A stretch of DNA of 64,000 nt from positions 6,368 through 70,367 of the forward strand of contig CBINGY010000015.1 in NCBI GenBank assembly GCA_966250325.1. Reading direction: 5' to 3'. Below, piece by piece: positions 46,145-58,070 of this stretch; the first letter of the stretch is position 1, and every line of letters begins with the position of its first letter. The position numbers and the translations under genes were made by a program. The notes under the pieces were generated by a model. It ran no database searches. It saw only the letters and a list, made by a program, of their open reading frames with translations, and was not told the origin of the DNA. This stretch comes from an uncultured Cytophagaceae bacterium. GTDB lineage: Bacteria; Bacteroidota; Bacteroidia; Cytophagales; Spirosomataceae.

Positions 46145-47208
46145 ATGAACTCCTGTCCCTTTTCTTCGGCATCTGCCACAAACTGTTTGACGCGTTGTTC
46201 GTCATCCAGTTTACAGATCATGAGCACGTTTTCAAACTCAGAAACAATAAATCCTTCCAGACCATTGACAACCACGAGGCGGTCTTTAGGTGTTTTCACA
46301 ATGCAGTTTGACGTGTTATATGTGATTACGTTGCCGTCAATGCAATTACCCTCTGCGTTTGGCTCAGAGTTTTCAAAAACAGATCTCCAAGTGCCCAAAT
46401 CAGACCAGCCGATATCACTTTTGACCATGAAAACGTTTTCTGCTTTTTCCATCAGGCCGTTATCAATGGAGATATTGCGGCATTGGGTATAGGCTACGCC
46501 CAGAGCTTCTTTTTCCTGCGGGGTAAAAAACGAACTTTCTGCTTCCAGAAAAGCTTCTGCCATCTCTGGAAGATGTTTGGAAAAAGCCGATGTGAGGCTG
46601 CGGGCAGACCACACAAATATGCCGGCATTCCAGGTGTAGTCGCCGCTATCCAGAAAAAGCTGAGCCAGCTCCAGATTAGGCTTTTCGGTAAACGTCTTCA
46701 CTTTTTTCACTTCGCCTTCTCTCTCTGCAAACTGGATGTAGCCGTATCCGGTATTGGGATGAGTTGGCTGTATACCCAGCGTGATAAGAGCATCGTTTGC
46801 CGCAGAGTACTCCAGGGCTATACGTATTCTGTTTTTGAACTCCTCTTCCTTCAGAATGATATGATCTGCCGGAGCCACCACAATATTTGCATCAGGATTT
46901 GCCTTCTGTATTTTATAACAGGCATAGCCAATGCAGGGAGCGGTATTCCTACGGCTGGGTTCGCAAAGAATCTGCTCGTCAGAAAGATAGGGCAGTTGTG
47001 ACTTTGTAAGTTCTTTGTATTCTTCGCCCGTTACCACGTAAATATTTTCTTTGGGGCAAACGCCCTCAAAACGCTCCGCCGTTTGCTGAATAAGCGTTTT
47101 GCCGGTGCCTAATACATCATGGAATTGTTTCGGGAAGTTTTTACGGCTAAACGGCCAGAAGCGGGTACCTACTCCGCCGGCCATAATGACTACATAATTG
47201 TTTTTCAT
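46141..47208 (-). CDS. Mannose-1-phosphate guanylyltransferase
   Basis: Start at the ATG at 47208 (MKNNYVVIMAGGVGTRFWP). The ATGA start/stop overlap with the upstream gene suggests translational coupling. Confidence 0.9.
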   Translation of the reverse strand: MKNNYVVIMAGGVGTRFWPFSRKNFPKQFHDVLGTGKTLIQQTAERFEGVCPKENIYVVTGEEYKELTKSQLPYLSDEQILCEPSRRNTAPCIGYACYKIQKANPDANIVVAPADHIILKEEEFKNRIRIALEYSAANDALITLGIQPTHPNTGYGYIQFAEREGEVKKVKTFTEKPNLELAQLFLDSGDYTWNAGIFVWSARSLTSAFSKHLPEMAEAFLEAESSFFTPQEKEALGVAYTQCRNISIDNGLMEKAENVFMVKSDIGWSDLGTWRSVFENSEPNAEGNCIDGNVITYNTSNCIVKTPKDRLVVVNGLEGFIVSEFENVLMICKLDDEQRVKQFVADAEEKGQEFI

Positions 47209-48272
47209 CGGGTGATCGTGTTTGTCAGAAAGGTGGACACACGCAAAGCTACATTTTCCCTTATGTTCATCCAATACAAATTATAGTCTGCTTTGTGCCA
47301 GATTTTAAAATTAAGAAAAATCCTGCCGGTTACGTGCGGTTTGTGGATCCAAAGAAGTCCATTTTTATTTTCGGCGTCAACCGCATTTTTAACCATCTTA
47401 AATTTAAGACCTACTGCTCCAGAATTGTCAAAACGCGTGCCATATGTTTCTTCTGTTTTCCAGGTAAGTGGATTTGTGCAGACGGCACCCTCCAGACCCT
47501 CCGAATAATATGGAGGAAAATAATCTTTGATGAACGTATTCCAGGAAACAAAACCCGAAGTTTCAGTGGCCAAATTACTTGCTTTTAGTGTTTCAAACTC
47601 ATCTTCATGGACAGCAATCCCAATAAGGTATGCAGAAACCAACTGATTCTTCAAAGGAGCATTATCAAAAAATTCTTTTAAAAGTCTTTTGGCATGTACC
47701 GTGCCCTGCGAATGCGAGGCAATGACTATAGGCCGCCCATTATTGAAATGTTGCATATAGTAAAGAAAGGCCTGCCGAACATCCTCATAGGCCAGGTCCA
47801 AAGCTTTACGGGCACTTTCCTTATCTGAGGAGGTAAATGCAGAATAATGAGCCTGCCGGTAACGGGGAGCATATACTTTGCAAGAACCATTAAAAACGGT
47901 TGCCTGATTTTTGATGGTAGATTCATCCACCCTTTTGTTCAGGTCTCTGTCACCGGTGTCAGCATTCCACAGAAATTCATTTTCCGGCTCGTAAGTGAAG
48001 ATCGTTGGATGAAGAAAAAAGACGTCTGCCTGTGCATTTTTCTGGCCATCCTTTACTTCTGAATTTTCAGGAGTAAGGTCTGCCGCATCCTCTTTCCATG
48101 GCAGTGCACACCAGTTATTTTCTGAGGAATAATCAGGGGCAGGAGGTATGGGAGAACGTTCAAAAACTTCTTTGATCTGATAGGCTTTCTGACCTGTACA
48201 CAGGAGAGTTACGGGCATGAAGAGCAAGAGACAAACTGCCCGAATACCTGTTTGAAAGCTGATACACATCAT
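47205..48272 (-). CDS. DUF3089-like alpha/beta-hydrolase-fold secreted protein
   Basis: A signal peptide is present. IASHSQGT is a GxSxG-like nucleophile elbow. Confidence 0.7.
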   Translation of the reverse strand: MMCISFQTGIRAVCLLLFMPVTLLCTGQKAYQIKEVFERSPIPPAPDYSSENNWCALPWKEDAADLTPENSEVKDGQKNAQADVFFLHPTIFTYEPENEFLWNADTGDRDLNKRVDESTIKNQATVFNGSCKVYAPRYRQAHYSAFTSSDKESARKALDLAYEDVRQAFLYYMQHFNNGRPIVIASHSQGTVHAKRLLKEFFDNAPLKNQLVSAYLIGIAVHEDEFETLKASNLATETSGFVSWNTFIKDYFPPYYSEGLEGAVCTNPLTWKTEETYGTRFDNSGAVGLKFKMVKNAVDAENKNGLLWIHKPHVTGRIFLNFKIWHKADYNLYWMNIRENVALRVSTFLTNTITR

Positions 48273-48373
48273 TTATAATTATTTTTTGTTTGAATTGAAC
48301 AATAATAACATTTGATTTGCCTATCTTTTATGGCCATAACCCTTCAAAAGTAACCTGTTAATCTTTAAACATC

Positions 48374-51300
48374 ATGAACAAAACTAAGCTAAAAAATACA
48401 CTATCTGCGGCTATAGTGTTCTTTTTGACGGCCATTGGCACTTACGCCCAGACGAAAATTTCGGGCACAATCAGCGATAACGATACCAAAGAACCGCTTA
48501 TCGGTGTGAGTGTTCAGGTAAAGAACAAAATCATAGGAACCATTACTGATTCCAAAGGACAGTTTGAGCTGAACACTTCCACGCCGCTTCCTTTTACCCT
48601 TGTGATCTCTTACGTGGGATATGAACCCCAGGAAGTTCAGATTACTTCTAATAACAGCGAGGTTAATATCCCATTAAATGAGTCATCGATTGTGGGTCAG
48701 GAAGTGGTGGTAGCGGCTTCCAGGGTAGAAGAGAGCGTACTCAAATCTCCTGTTGCTGTTGAGAAAATGGATCTTAGGACCATTCAGCAAAACCCTACGG
48801 CCTCATTCTATGACGGTCTGGCCAATTTGAAAGGGGTGGATATGACCACTCAGGGGCTCCTTTTCAAGTCGGTGAATATGCGTGGATTCGGTGCCACTGG
48901 TAACCCGCGTACTGTACAGATGATTGACGGCATGGACAACTCGGCTCCGGGCCTGAACTTCCCCATAGACAACATAGTGGGTATGCCCGATCTGGATGTG
49001 GAAAGCGTGGAAGTGCTTCCGGGAGCGGCCTCTGCACTTTATGGTCCTAATGCCCTGAACGGACTTATTCTGATGAATTCGAAAAGCCCGTTTCTGTATC
49101 AGGGGTTAAGTGCTAATGTAAAAACCGGAGTGATGTCTGCCAGTAACCGCGATGTGGTTACCACCCCGTTTTATGATCTTTCCCTGAGATATGCCAAAGC
49201 TTTTAATGACAAATTTGCCTTCAAAGTGAACCTGGCCTACATCACGGCTCAGGATTGGCAGGCCACAGATCGTACTAATCTCAATGCCAGCGGTGCAAAT
49301 GCCACTGATTACGATGGGATGAATGTCTATGGAGATGAAGTGCAAACTACCATAGACGGGCAGGTGGTGAGCCGCACCGGGTATAATGAGCGGGATCTGG
49401 TAGATTATAATACCAAAAGCTTCAAAACCAATGTAGCTCTGCACTACAGATTAAGTGAAAAAATAGAGGCTATCGGACAGTTTAACTACGGTTATGGTAC
49501 TACCGTGTACACCGGAACAGGCCGTTATTCCCTAAGAAACTTTAATTTAAGTCAAACCAAACTGGAGCTACGTGGCGATAACTTTACTTTACGGGCATAC
49601 ACCACTCAGGAGAATTCGGGCCAGTCGTATCTGGCAGGTCTCGCGGCAGTTTCCATGCTAAATGAATGGAAATCTCACCAGCAATGGTTTACCGACTACG
49701 GAACCGCCTATTTTACATCGATGGCTACAAATGGTGGAAACAAATCGGCCGCCCATCTGGCAGGAAGAACAGTTGCCGATGCGGGTATGCCTATGCCCGG
49801 CAGTACGGCGTTTGAGAACTCTCTGGATAAATGGAGAGGAACGCCAATCTCTGATGGTGGCGGTATGTTTCTTGACAAAACAGATATGTATCATGCAGAA
49901 GGGATATTTAACTTCAAAAATCAGATCAAATTCATTGATCTGCTTGCCGGTGCAAACCTGCGTCAATATCGTCTGAAATCTGAGGGAACCTTATTTGCCG
50001 ATACTAAAGATGACAGAGATGGGGTAATTCCTATCAATGAGTACGGTGCGTTTCTGCAGGCTGGGAAGGCTCTTTTTGGAGATCACCTGAAACTGACCGG
50101 ATCTGTACGCTATGACAAAAACCAGAATTTTGATGGTCAGTTTACGCCAAGAATTTCTGCTGTGACCAGCTTCGGTGAGCAGAATATCCGTTTATCCTAT
50201 CAGACCGGTTTCCGTATTCCTACTACCCAAAACCAGTATATAGATTTGGGAACTCCAAACGGTAACCTCATCGGAGGTCTTGCTGAATTTAATGATAGAT
50301 ACAATCTTTCTTCCGGTATTCTGAGACAAAACCTTTCAACGGCCAATATTGCAGCTACTATTGCGGCGAATCCTCAGATTGTGCAACAGGCACAGGCGTA
50401 TGGAATCCAGGCCATTACGCAGCAGGCATTGCCTATTATACAGCAAGCGGTTACTCAAGCTGTTACAGCAGCAGCCACGGCACAGATTACACAGGCCGTT
50501 ACAGCACAGGTGACACAGGCTGTTACAGCTGCAGCAACAACTCAGATCACTCAGACCGTTACTTCTCAGGTTACGGCTCAGGTAAATGCTGCGGTAGCAG
50601 CAGGTATGCTGGAGAATGACCCTGCAGTTATTCAGGCGGCTATTCAGGCCGGTGTGGCTTCTGCTTTGCCAGGAGTACTGGATGCACAGCTTCCTGGTAT
50701 TCTTGCGGCTCAGGTTCCTGCACAGGTTTCCACAGTTTTACCGGGAGTTCTTCAAGCCCAATTGCCTGGAATTTTGCAAGCACAGGTGCCGATTGCCGTG
50801 GAACAACAGCTTACCCTTACCATCCAGCAGCAGCTTCCGGGTCTTATGAATTCGCTGGTGCCTGCATTTGCCCTGGCAGCACTTCCGAAATACCAGTATC
50901 CCGGCTTATCACCAGAACGTATTCAGACCTGGGAGATTGGGTATAAAGGATTGATTGCCAAGAAATTATTTATCGATGCCTACTATTACCAAAGTAAATA
51001 CACCAATTTCATTGGTGGTACTATCGTAGTAGTTCCTACAGCACCTGCGGCACCTGGTTTGCCGATTGAATCAGGCATTGGCGTTGGTAATCTGGAAGGG
51101 TATTCAAGACCGGCAAATACAGATACGCCGATTACCGTGAAAGGCTGGGCTCTGGGAGCCAATTACAGTCTGGGCAAAGGCTACAATGTGGGAATGAATG
51201 TGGCCAACAATGAACTGATCGACTGGACTCCTTCGCCTGAGCAGCAATATGCGGGCTTCAATACCCCAAGATACCGTTACAACATAAATTTCGGCAAGCG

Positions 51301-51601
51301 GATGGGTAGCGGTGATAAAATTGCCTTTAACGTGGTTTACCGTCACCAGCAGTCGTTTACCTGGGAGTCAAGTTTTGTAATTCCTACCACCACTACGGCT
51401 CCTTTGTTCAGTAATACGGTGGTTCCGGCTATCAGTAACCTGGATGCTCAGGTAAGTCTGAAAATTAGTCCTATCAAGTCAATTCTCAAGATTGGCGGAA
51501 CAAACATCGGAGGTAAGCCCTATGTACAAGCCTTTGGCTCGGCATCGGTAGGTTCTATGTATTATGTGTCGCTTACGTTTGATGAGCTATTAAACAAGTA
51601 G
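48374..51601 (+). CDS. TonB-dependent receptor (CarboxypepD_reg + plug + barrel) with a large low-complexity insertion
   Basis: A signal peptide is present. GTISDNDTKEPLIGVSV is the CarboxypepD_reg block. Plug blocks are VLKSPVAVEKMD, RGFG and GAASALYG. The C-terminus ends in an aromatic-containing terminal beta-strand. Confidence 0.88.
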   Translation: MNKTKLKNTLSAAIVFFLTAIGTYAQTKISGTISDNDTKEPLIGVSVQVKNKIIGTITDSKGQFELNTSTPLPFTLVISYVGYEPQEVQITSNNSEVNIPLNESSIVGQEVVVAASRVEESVLKSPVAVEKMDLRTIQQNPTASFYDGLANLKGVDMTTQGLLFKSVNMRGFGATGNPRTVQMIDGMDNSAPGLNFPIDNIVGMPDLDVESVEVLPGAASALYGPNALNGLILMNSKSPFLYQGLSANVKTGVMSASNRDVVTTPFYDLSLRYAKAFNDKFAFKVNLAYITAQDWQATDRTNLNASGANATDYDGMNVYGDEVQTTIDGQVVSRTGYNERDLVDYNTKSFKTNVALHYRLSEKIEAIGQFNYGYGTTVYTGTGRYSLRNFNLSQTKLELRGDNFTLRAYTTQENSGQSYLAGLAAVSMLNEWKSHQQWFTDYGTAYFTSMATNGGNKSAAHLAGRTVADAGMPMPGSTAFENSLDKWRGTPISDGGGMFLDKTDMYHAEGIFNFKNQIKFIDLLAGANLRQYRLKSEGTLFADTKDDRDGVIPINEYGAFLQAGKALFGDHLKLTGSVRYDKNQNFDGQFTPRISAVTSFGEQNIRLSYQTGFRIPTTQNQYIDLGTPNGNLIGGLAEFNDRYNLSSGILRQNLSTANIAATIAANPQIVQQAQAYGIQAITQQALPIIQQAVTQAVTAAATAQITQAVTAQVTQAVTAAATTQITQTVTSQVTAQVNAAVAAGMLENDPAVIQAAIQAGVASALPGVLDAQLPGILAAQVPAQVSTVLPGVLQAQLPGILQAQVPIAVEQQLTLTIQQQLPGLMNSLVPAFALAALPKYQYPGLSPERIQTWEIGYKGLIAKKLFIDAYYYQSKYTNFIGGTIVVVPTAPAAPGLPIESGIGVGNLEGYSRPANTDTPITVKGWALGANYSLGKGYNVGMNVANNELIDWTPSPEQQYAGFNTPRYRYNINFGKRMGSGDKIAFNVVYRHQQSFTWESSFVIPTTTTAPLFSNTVVPAISNLDAQVSLKISPIKSILKIGGTNIGGKPYVQAFGSASVGSMYYVSLTFDELLNK
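50450..50569 (+). repeat. In-frame tandem duplication, 2 x 60 nt (VTQAVTAAATAQITQAVTAQ / VTQAVTAAATTQITQTVTSQ)
   Basis: Aligned by eye, 17/20 residues are identical, with many synonymous differences between the units. Confidence 0.8.
50666..50809 (+). repeat. In-frame tandem duplication, 2 x 72 nt (LPGVLDAQLPGILAAQVPAQVSTV / LPGVLQAQLPGILQAQVPIAVEQQ)
   Basis: Aligned by eye; there is an internal 8-residue sub-period, LPG[VI]L.AQ. Confidence 0.8.
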
Positions 51602-51630
51602 CATGTTATTTTATTATAAATACACAAAAA

Positions 51631-51656
51631 GGGCTTCCGGGTGGAAGCTCTTTTTT
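51631..51656 (+). terminator. Rho-independent terminator after the TonB-dependent receptor gene
   Basis: GCTTCC, loop GGGT, GGAAGC, followed by T6. Confidence 0.65.
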
Positions 51657-51679
51657 CTGTGTCTGATGCCAAAATTTGC

Positions 51680-51687
51680 TAGCTTTG
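51680..51687 (+). promoter_or_regulatory. -7 box TAGCTTTG upstream of icd
   Basis: Exact TAnnTTTG match 57 nt upstream of the ATG at 51744. Confidence 0.4.
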
Positions 51688-51734
51688 CACTCCTTTCAAA
51701 ATACCTTTTCAGGCCAGGTGGCCTACGAAACTAA

Positions 51735-53963
<2,229 letters not shown>

Positions 53964-53986
53964 AAAAGCCTCTATACGTAACTCAG

Positions 53987-54019
53987 AGCCCGGAAATTTC
54001 TGTTTCCGGGCTTTTGTTT
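53987..54019 (+). terminator. Rho-independent terminator after icd
   Basis: AGCCCGGAAA (53987-53996) pairs with TTTCCGGGCT (54003-54012), followed by TTTGTTT. Confidence 0.7.
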
Positions 54020-54062
54020 AGGCACGGTTCTTGAGCTCCTTCAGGTTCATTACCAGGTTTAA

Positions 54063-55952
54063 TTGATTCGATTGAAACCCTTTACATATCTTTTTTTACT
54101 CCTTTTTCCTCTGGCTTCCATGGCACAGCCTGCCATGAGTATTGAAGCTCAGTATACTTTTGGAGGAGAAAACAGTGACAATGGATATGCTATAGCTTTA
54201 ACCTCGGATGGTGGACTCATGATAGCCGGGTCAACAAATTCCAACAACAGCTACGATGTACCCAGCTCCAATGGACATAACGGTAACGGAGGAAGCGATT
54301 TTCTGGTTATCAAACTTGACAAAAACGGACGGAAACAATGGACACGGGTTTTTGGTGGCAGCAAAGATGATATTGCCACTGATATCGTGCGAACCAACAA
54401 AGGAGAGTACATCATTGTAGGTTCATCTTATTCTGTGGATGGAGATGCCAATTTCAATGGATCTAACGGAGGTATTTTGCTGATAAGGCTTAAGGAAGAC
54501 GGCAGTATTGTCTCAAAAAGAGTGTTTGCCGGAGGAAGAAGATTTACAGAGAATACCTATCATTATGCCAGTGAATTTTCTCAACCCTCCATAAAGGTTT
54601 CACCTTCGGGAGAATTGTTTCTGGGTGCCACGCATGAAATAGGAAGTACGCCCTACACCGCAAAAAACTTTTATCTGGCCAAACTTACTGAAAACGGTGA
54701 TACGCTCTGGGAAAGATATTACGGCAGCCCTTTGGATGATCAGATGCAGGACGTCATTGTCAGTGCAACGGGCGATGTGCTTATGATAGGCAGTACCACG
54801 GCTTTTGCAGGGCAGATAGAAGGTGCGGGTAATGGGAATCTCGATTTTCTGGCAATTAAAGTGAATGCCAATGGTCAGTTAATCTGGCAAAAGGCCTGGG
54901 GAGGTAGCAGCCTGGATGCCCTCCATGGCGGTATGGAGTCTGTCGATGGGTCGGGATACATTCTGGCAGGGGAAACCACTTCTGAAAACGGGATTGTCAA
55001 AGCAAGTTTTGGCCAGAAAGATGCTTTTGTATTTAAGATCGATCAGTCAGGAAATTTACTTTGGTCAAAAACTGTGGGAGGCGATGGAAACGACAATGTA
55101 TTCAATGTAGTGCATAAATCGGGCACGCAGTATTTATTATTTGGTACCAGTGATTCCAATATCATCGGTGTTCCTCAGAAAGGTGCATTGAGTGATGTTT
55201 TGACAGTAGAGATATCAGAATCAGGCGTACTTTCAAATATGGCTCTCTGGGGCGGTGAAGATATCGATGTGGCACGTGATGGTGTGAAACGCTCTGACGA
55301 AAGCTGGGTTCTAGTGGGGATTTCCCGTTCATCTCAGGAAGACCTGACCACCAATTATGGGGAAAATGATATGTGGCTGCTGTATCTTGCTCCGCCTACG
55401 CCCATCGGCTTCAAAAGCTTTACCGGCGAAATTTTTCCGGGCGGAGAGGCTGATCTGGTCTGGATTACCAGCTACCAGAAAAATGCTGCATTAATACGTC
55501 TTGAAAAGAGCACAGACAATATCAATTTTAACCGACTGAAAGATTTCACTGCCAGTACCAATTCAGTTTCGGCAATTGCCTATACCTATACCGATGACAA
55601 TCTGAAAGTAGGAGACAACTTTTACCGCATTAAATATTTTGATGCTGCCGGAAAGGAATTTCGGGGCCCCATCCTGAAACTTGCTATGGCACCGCTCTCT
55701 TCCAATATTACAGAGAAGGTGGAGCTTCAAATTTACCCCAATCCGTCGCGTGACAAGATTATTGTTCCTCTCAGAGATCCGGAAGCCCGTTTTGAAATGA
55801 TGAATTCACTGGGCCAATCCTTGCCGTTTTACGCTCAGTTTAGCCCGTCAAAAGGATGGATTTTTGACATTACTGAACTACGAAGTGGCATGTATCTGCT
55901 TAAATTTCAAAGTGGAGAATTTAATCAGACTCAACGTTTCGTGGTATTTTAG
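54063..55952 (+). CDS. Secreted beta-propeller-repeat protein with a T9SS type A C-terminal sorting domain
   Basis: The start codon is TTG and a signal peptide follows. There are at least 6 repeats of the form [FWY]GG..D......V....G.....G.T. The C-terminus reads LQIYPNPSRDKIIV...GMYLLKF...RFVVF. Confidence 0.8.
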   Translation: MIRLKPFTYLFLLLFPLASMAQPAMSIEAQYTFGGENSDNGYAIALTSDGGLMIAGSTNSNNSYDVPSSNGHNGNGGSDFLVIKLDKNGRKQWTRVFGGSKDDIATDIVRTNKGEYIIVGSSYSVDGDANFNGSNGGILLIRLKEDGSIVSKRVFAGGRRFTENTYHYASEFSQPSIKVSPSGELFLGATHEIGSTPYTAKNFYLAKLTENGDTLWERYYGSPLDDQMQDVIVSATGDVLMIGSTTAFAGQIEGAGNGNLDFLAIKVNANGQLIWQKAWGGSSLDALHGGMESVDGSGYILAGETTSENGIVKASFGQKDAFVFKIDQSGNLLWSKTVGGDGNDNVFNVVHKSGTQYLLFGTSDSNIIGVPQKGALSDVLTVEISESGVLSNMALWGGEDIDVARDGVKRSDESWVLVGISRSSQEDLTTNYGENDMWLLYLAPPTPIGFKSFTGEIFPGGEADLVWITSYQKNAALIRLEKSTDNINFNRLKDFTASTNSVSAIAYTYTDDNLKVGDNFYRIKYFDAAGKEFRGPILKLAMAPLSSNITEKVELQIYPNPSRDKIIVPLRDPEARFEMMNSLGQSLPFYAQFSPSKGWIFDITELRSGMYLLKFQSGEFNQTQRFVVF

Positions 55953-56003
55953 GGTATAACTAGTGGTATGTTCGTAATTTCGTCCGACCCAAACAGAATT
56001 TAA

Positions 56004-56996
56004 ATGCCAGAAACGATAAAATGGGGGATCATCGGGATAGGTCGTATTGCGGAAAAATTTGCTACAGACCTGGCCACCGTTGAAAATGCTGAATTGCTGG
56101 CGGTGGCCTCAAACTCTGCCGAAAGAGCCTCAGAATTTGCTTCCAGATATAAGGTACCTCATGCCTTCGGAACCTACGAAGAGCTTTTCACTGTAGAGAA
56201 TCTGGATGTGATCTACATTGCCACACCGCATACAGAACATGCCCGATGTGCAAAAATCTGTCTGGAAAATAAGATTGCTGTGCTCTGCGAGAAGCCCTTT
56301 GCGATGAATGAGAAAGAGGTAAAGGAGATGATAGCAGTGGCCAATGAAAATGACACGTTCCTGATGGAGGCTCTCTGGACCCGATTTATGCCCGCCACAT
56401 TAAAAGTTCTTGAACTTATTCAATCGGGAGCTATCGGTAAAGTGAAAATGCTTCAAGCCGATTTTGGGTTTATACCTCCCTTTTTACCAGAAAGGCGTGT
56501 TTTAAACCGACAATATGGAGGTGGAGCCTTCCTTGACATAGGCATTTATCCGGCATTTCTTTCCCTGCTTATTCTGGGATATCCTTCTACGATTCTGGCT
56601 ACCAGTGTCAATGGCCCTACAGGTGTAGATGAAACCACATCGTTTATTTACCGGTATGATGACGAGGCACTGGCCAATCTCTCATGTACCTTCGGAGCAT
56701 CTACCCGAACAGAAGCCTTTATTTACGGCGATTTGGGTTATATTCATATGAAAGGGAGATTTCTGGATACCCGTGAAATCGAACTGGTGCTTTATGATGG
56801 CAGCTCACAGCTGTTTTCTTTTGAGAGGGAAACACTCGGCTACGACTACGAGATCAGAGAAGTAAATGAGTGTCTGCGAGCCGGAAAAAAGGAAAGTGAC
56901 CTTTGGCCCCTGAGCCAAAGCCTGAAGCTTATTCACCTGCTTGACAAAACCCGTGAGAAAGCCGGAATTTCCTACCATACCGATAGTTACTTTTAA
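56004..56996 (+). CDS. Gfo/Idh/MocA-family oxidoreductase (cytoplasmic)
   Basis: It opens with IKWGIIGIGRIA (Rossmann) and contains the EKP motif (CEKPFAMN). Confidence 0.88.
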   Translation: MPETIKWGIIGIGRIAEKFATDLATVENAELLAVASNSAERASEFASRYKVPHAFGTYEELFTVENLDVIYIATPHTEHARCAKICLENKIAVLCEKPFAMNEKEVKEMIAVANENDTFLMEALWTRFMPATLKVLELIQSGAIGKVKMLQADFGFIPPFLPERRVLNRQYGGGAFLDIGIYPAFLSLLILGYPSTILATSVNGPTGVDETTSFIYRYDDEALANLSCTFGASTRTEAFIYGDLGYIHMKGRFLDTREIELVLYDGSSQLFSFERETLGYDYEIREVNECLRAGKKESDLWPLSQSLKLIHLLDKTREKAGISYHTDSYF

Positions 56997-57045
56997 CGAG
57001 ATTCCTCATTCTCACTATTTTCTGAGTGCCCGCGGGATTATTTCC

Positions 57046-57053
57046 TAATTTTG
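57046..57053 (+). promoter_or_regulatory. -7 box TAATTTTG upstream of gldB
   Basis: Exact TAnnTTTG match 26 nt upstream of the ATG at 57080. Confidence 0.4.
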
Positions 57054-57079
57054 TGCGTTTTTTCAGCAAACCGGTAATT

Positions 57080-58069
57080 ATGAAATTATTCAGCAGGGTA
57101 CTTTTTTCTCTTTCTCTGGCTCTCGCATTGTTTGCCTGTAAGGATAACGGAGAAGAGGAACAAAAAAAATCAGACAAAGTGGAGATTGTCCGTTTTGACA
57201 GACAGCTGATGTCTATGAAGTCAAAGGACGAACTGGTGGAGTTTCTTCGGCAAAATCCCTGGTATTCACGGGATTTGTACCGGGCATTTCCAGATGATAC
57301 CGCCTTTGTAAATCATCTGTACCACGTCATTTCTCACCCGGGTACCCAATCTTTCTTTGCAGAGGTTGACAGTACATTTGGCGAGCTCACTGATTTGGAA
57401 ACCCAGTTTTCTGAAGCTTTTTCACGAATCAAAACCCATTATCCTGAATTTAAGTCTCCCAGAATTTACGCCACCTTTACCGGTCTGGAGAATGACATGT
57501 ATGTGGACGATTCTACAGTAATTATTGCTTTGGAAGCCTTTGTGGGGCCAGAGGCTTCTTACAGGCCAGATCAGCCAAACTACATACTTGAAAGATATCA
57601 AAAGCCCTATATAGTCCCTGCGGTGCTCCGGTTACTTGCAGACTCTTACATTGAATCAACCCCGGAGCCATCTATGCTGAATGACATGATCTATTTTGGG
57701 AAGTCCTATGCATTTACCAAAGAAATGATACCTGAAATTCCGGATTCTCTGGTAATCGGTATGGCCGATAGTTCGCTCACCGGAAACTGGTATGCACAGG
57801 ATATTATCTGGGCTCATTTTATTGACAAAAAGCTTCTTTATGAACAAAGCAAGCGGGTGAAAGAAAAGTACCTGGGAGAGCGGCCAAAAGTTCCGGAAAT
57901 CGGATCGGGATGCCCCGGGCGGGTAGGGCAATGGCTCGGCTGGCGTATTATTGACAAATTTATGACGGCCAATCCCGATGTAAGTTTTACAGAAATGATG
58001 AAAATAAAAGACCCCGAGGAGATTCTTCGGAGGTCAAATTACCGGGGAGAGGTAGAAGAAGAACGATAG
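57080..58069 (+). CDS. gldB: Gliding motility lipoprotein GldB
   Basis: Start at the ATG at 57080. The lipobox is LALFAC. An early RFD block is present. CPGRVGQWLGWRII matches the conserved SPGRVG.WIGWQIV block of GldB as I recall it. Confidence 0.8.
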   Translation: MKLFSRVLFSLSLALALFACKDNGEEEQKKSDKVEIVRFDRQLMSMKSKDELVEFLRQNPWYSRDLYRAFPDDTAFVNHLYHVISHPGTQSFFAEVDSTFGELTDLETQFSEAFSRIKTHYPEFKSPRIYATFTGLENDMYVDDSTVIIALEAFVGPEASYRPDQPNYILERYQKPYIVPAVLRLLADSYIESTPEPSMLNDMIYFGKSYAFTKEMIPEIPDSLVIGMADSSLTGNWYAQDIIWAHFIDKKLLYEQSKRVKEKYLGERPKVPEIGSGCPGRVGQWLGWRIIDKFMTANPDVSFTEMMKIKDPEEILRRSNYRGEVEEER

Positions 58070-58070
58070 A

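Noticed and set aside
50340-50890. Short-period DNA repeats that could be mistaken for a CRISPR-like or DGR variable region.
   Set aside because: The repeats are in frame within an intact TonB-dependent receptor ORF. There are no unique spacers, no adenine-specific mismatch pattern that I could see, and no RT or Cas genes in the window.
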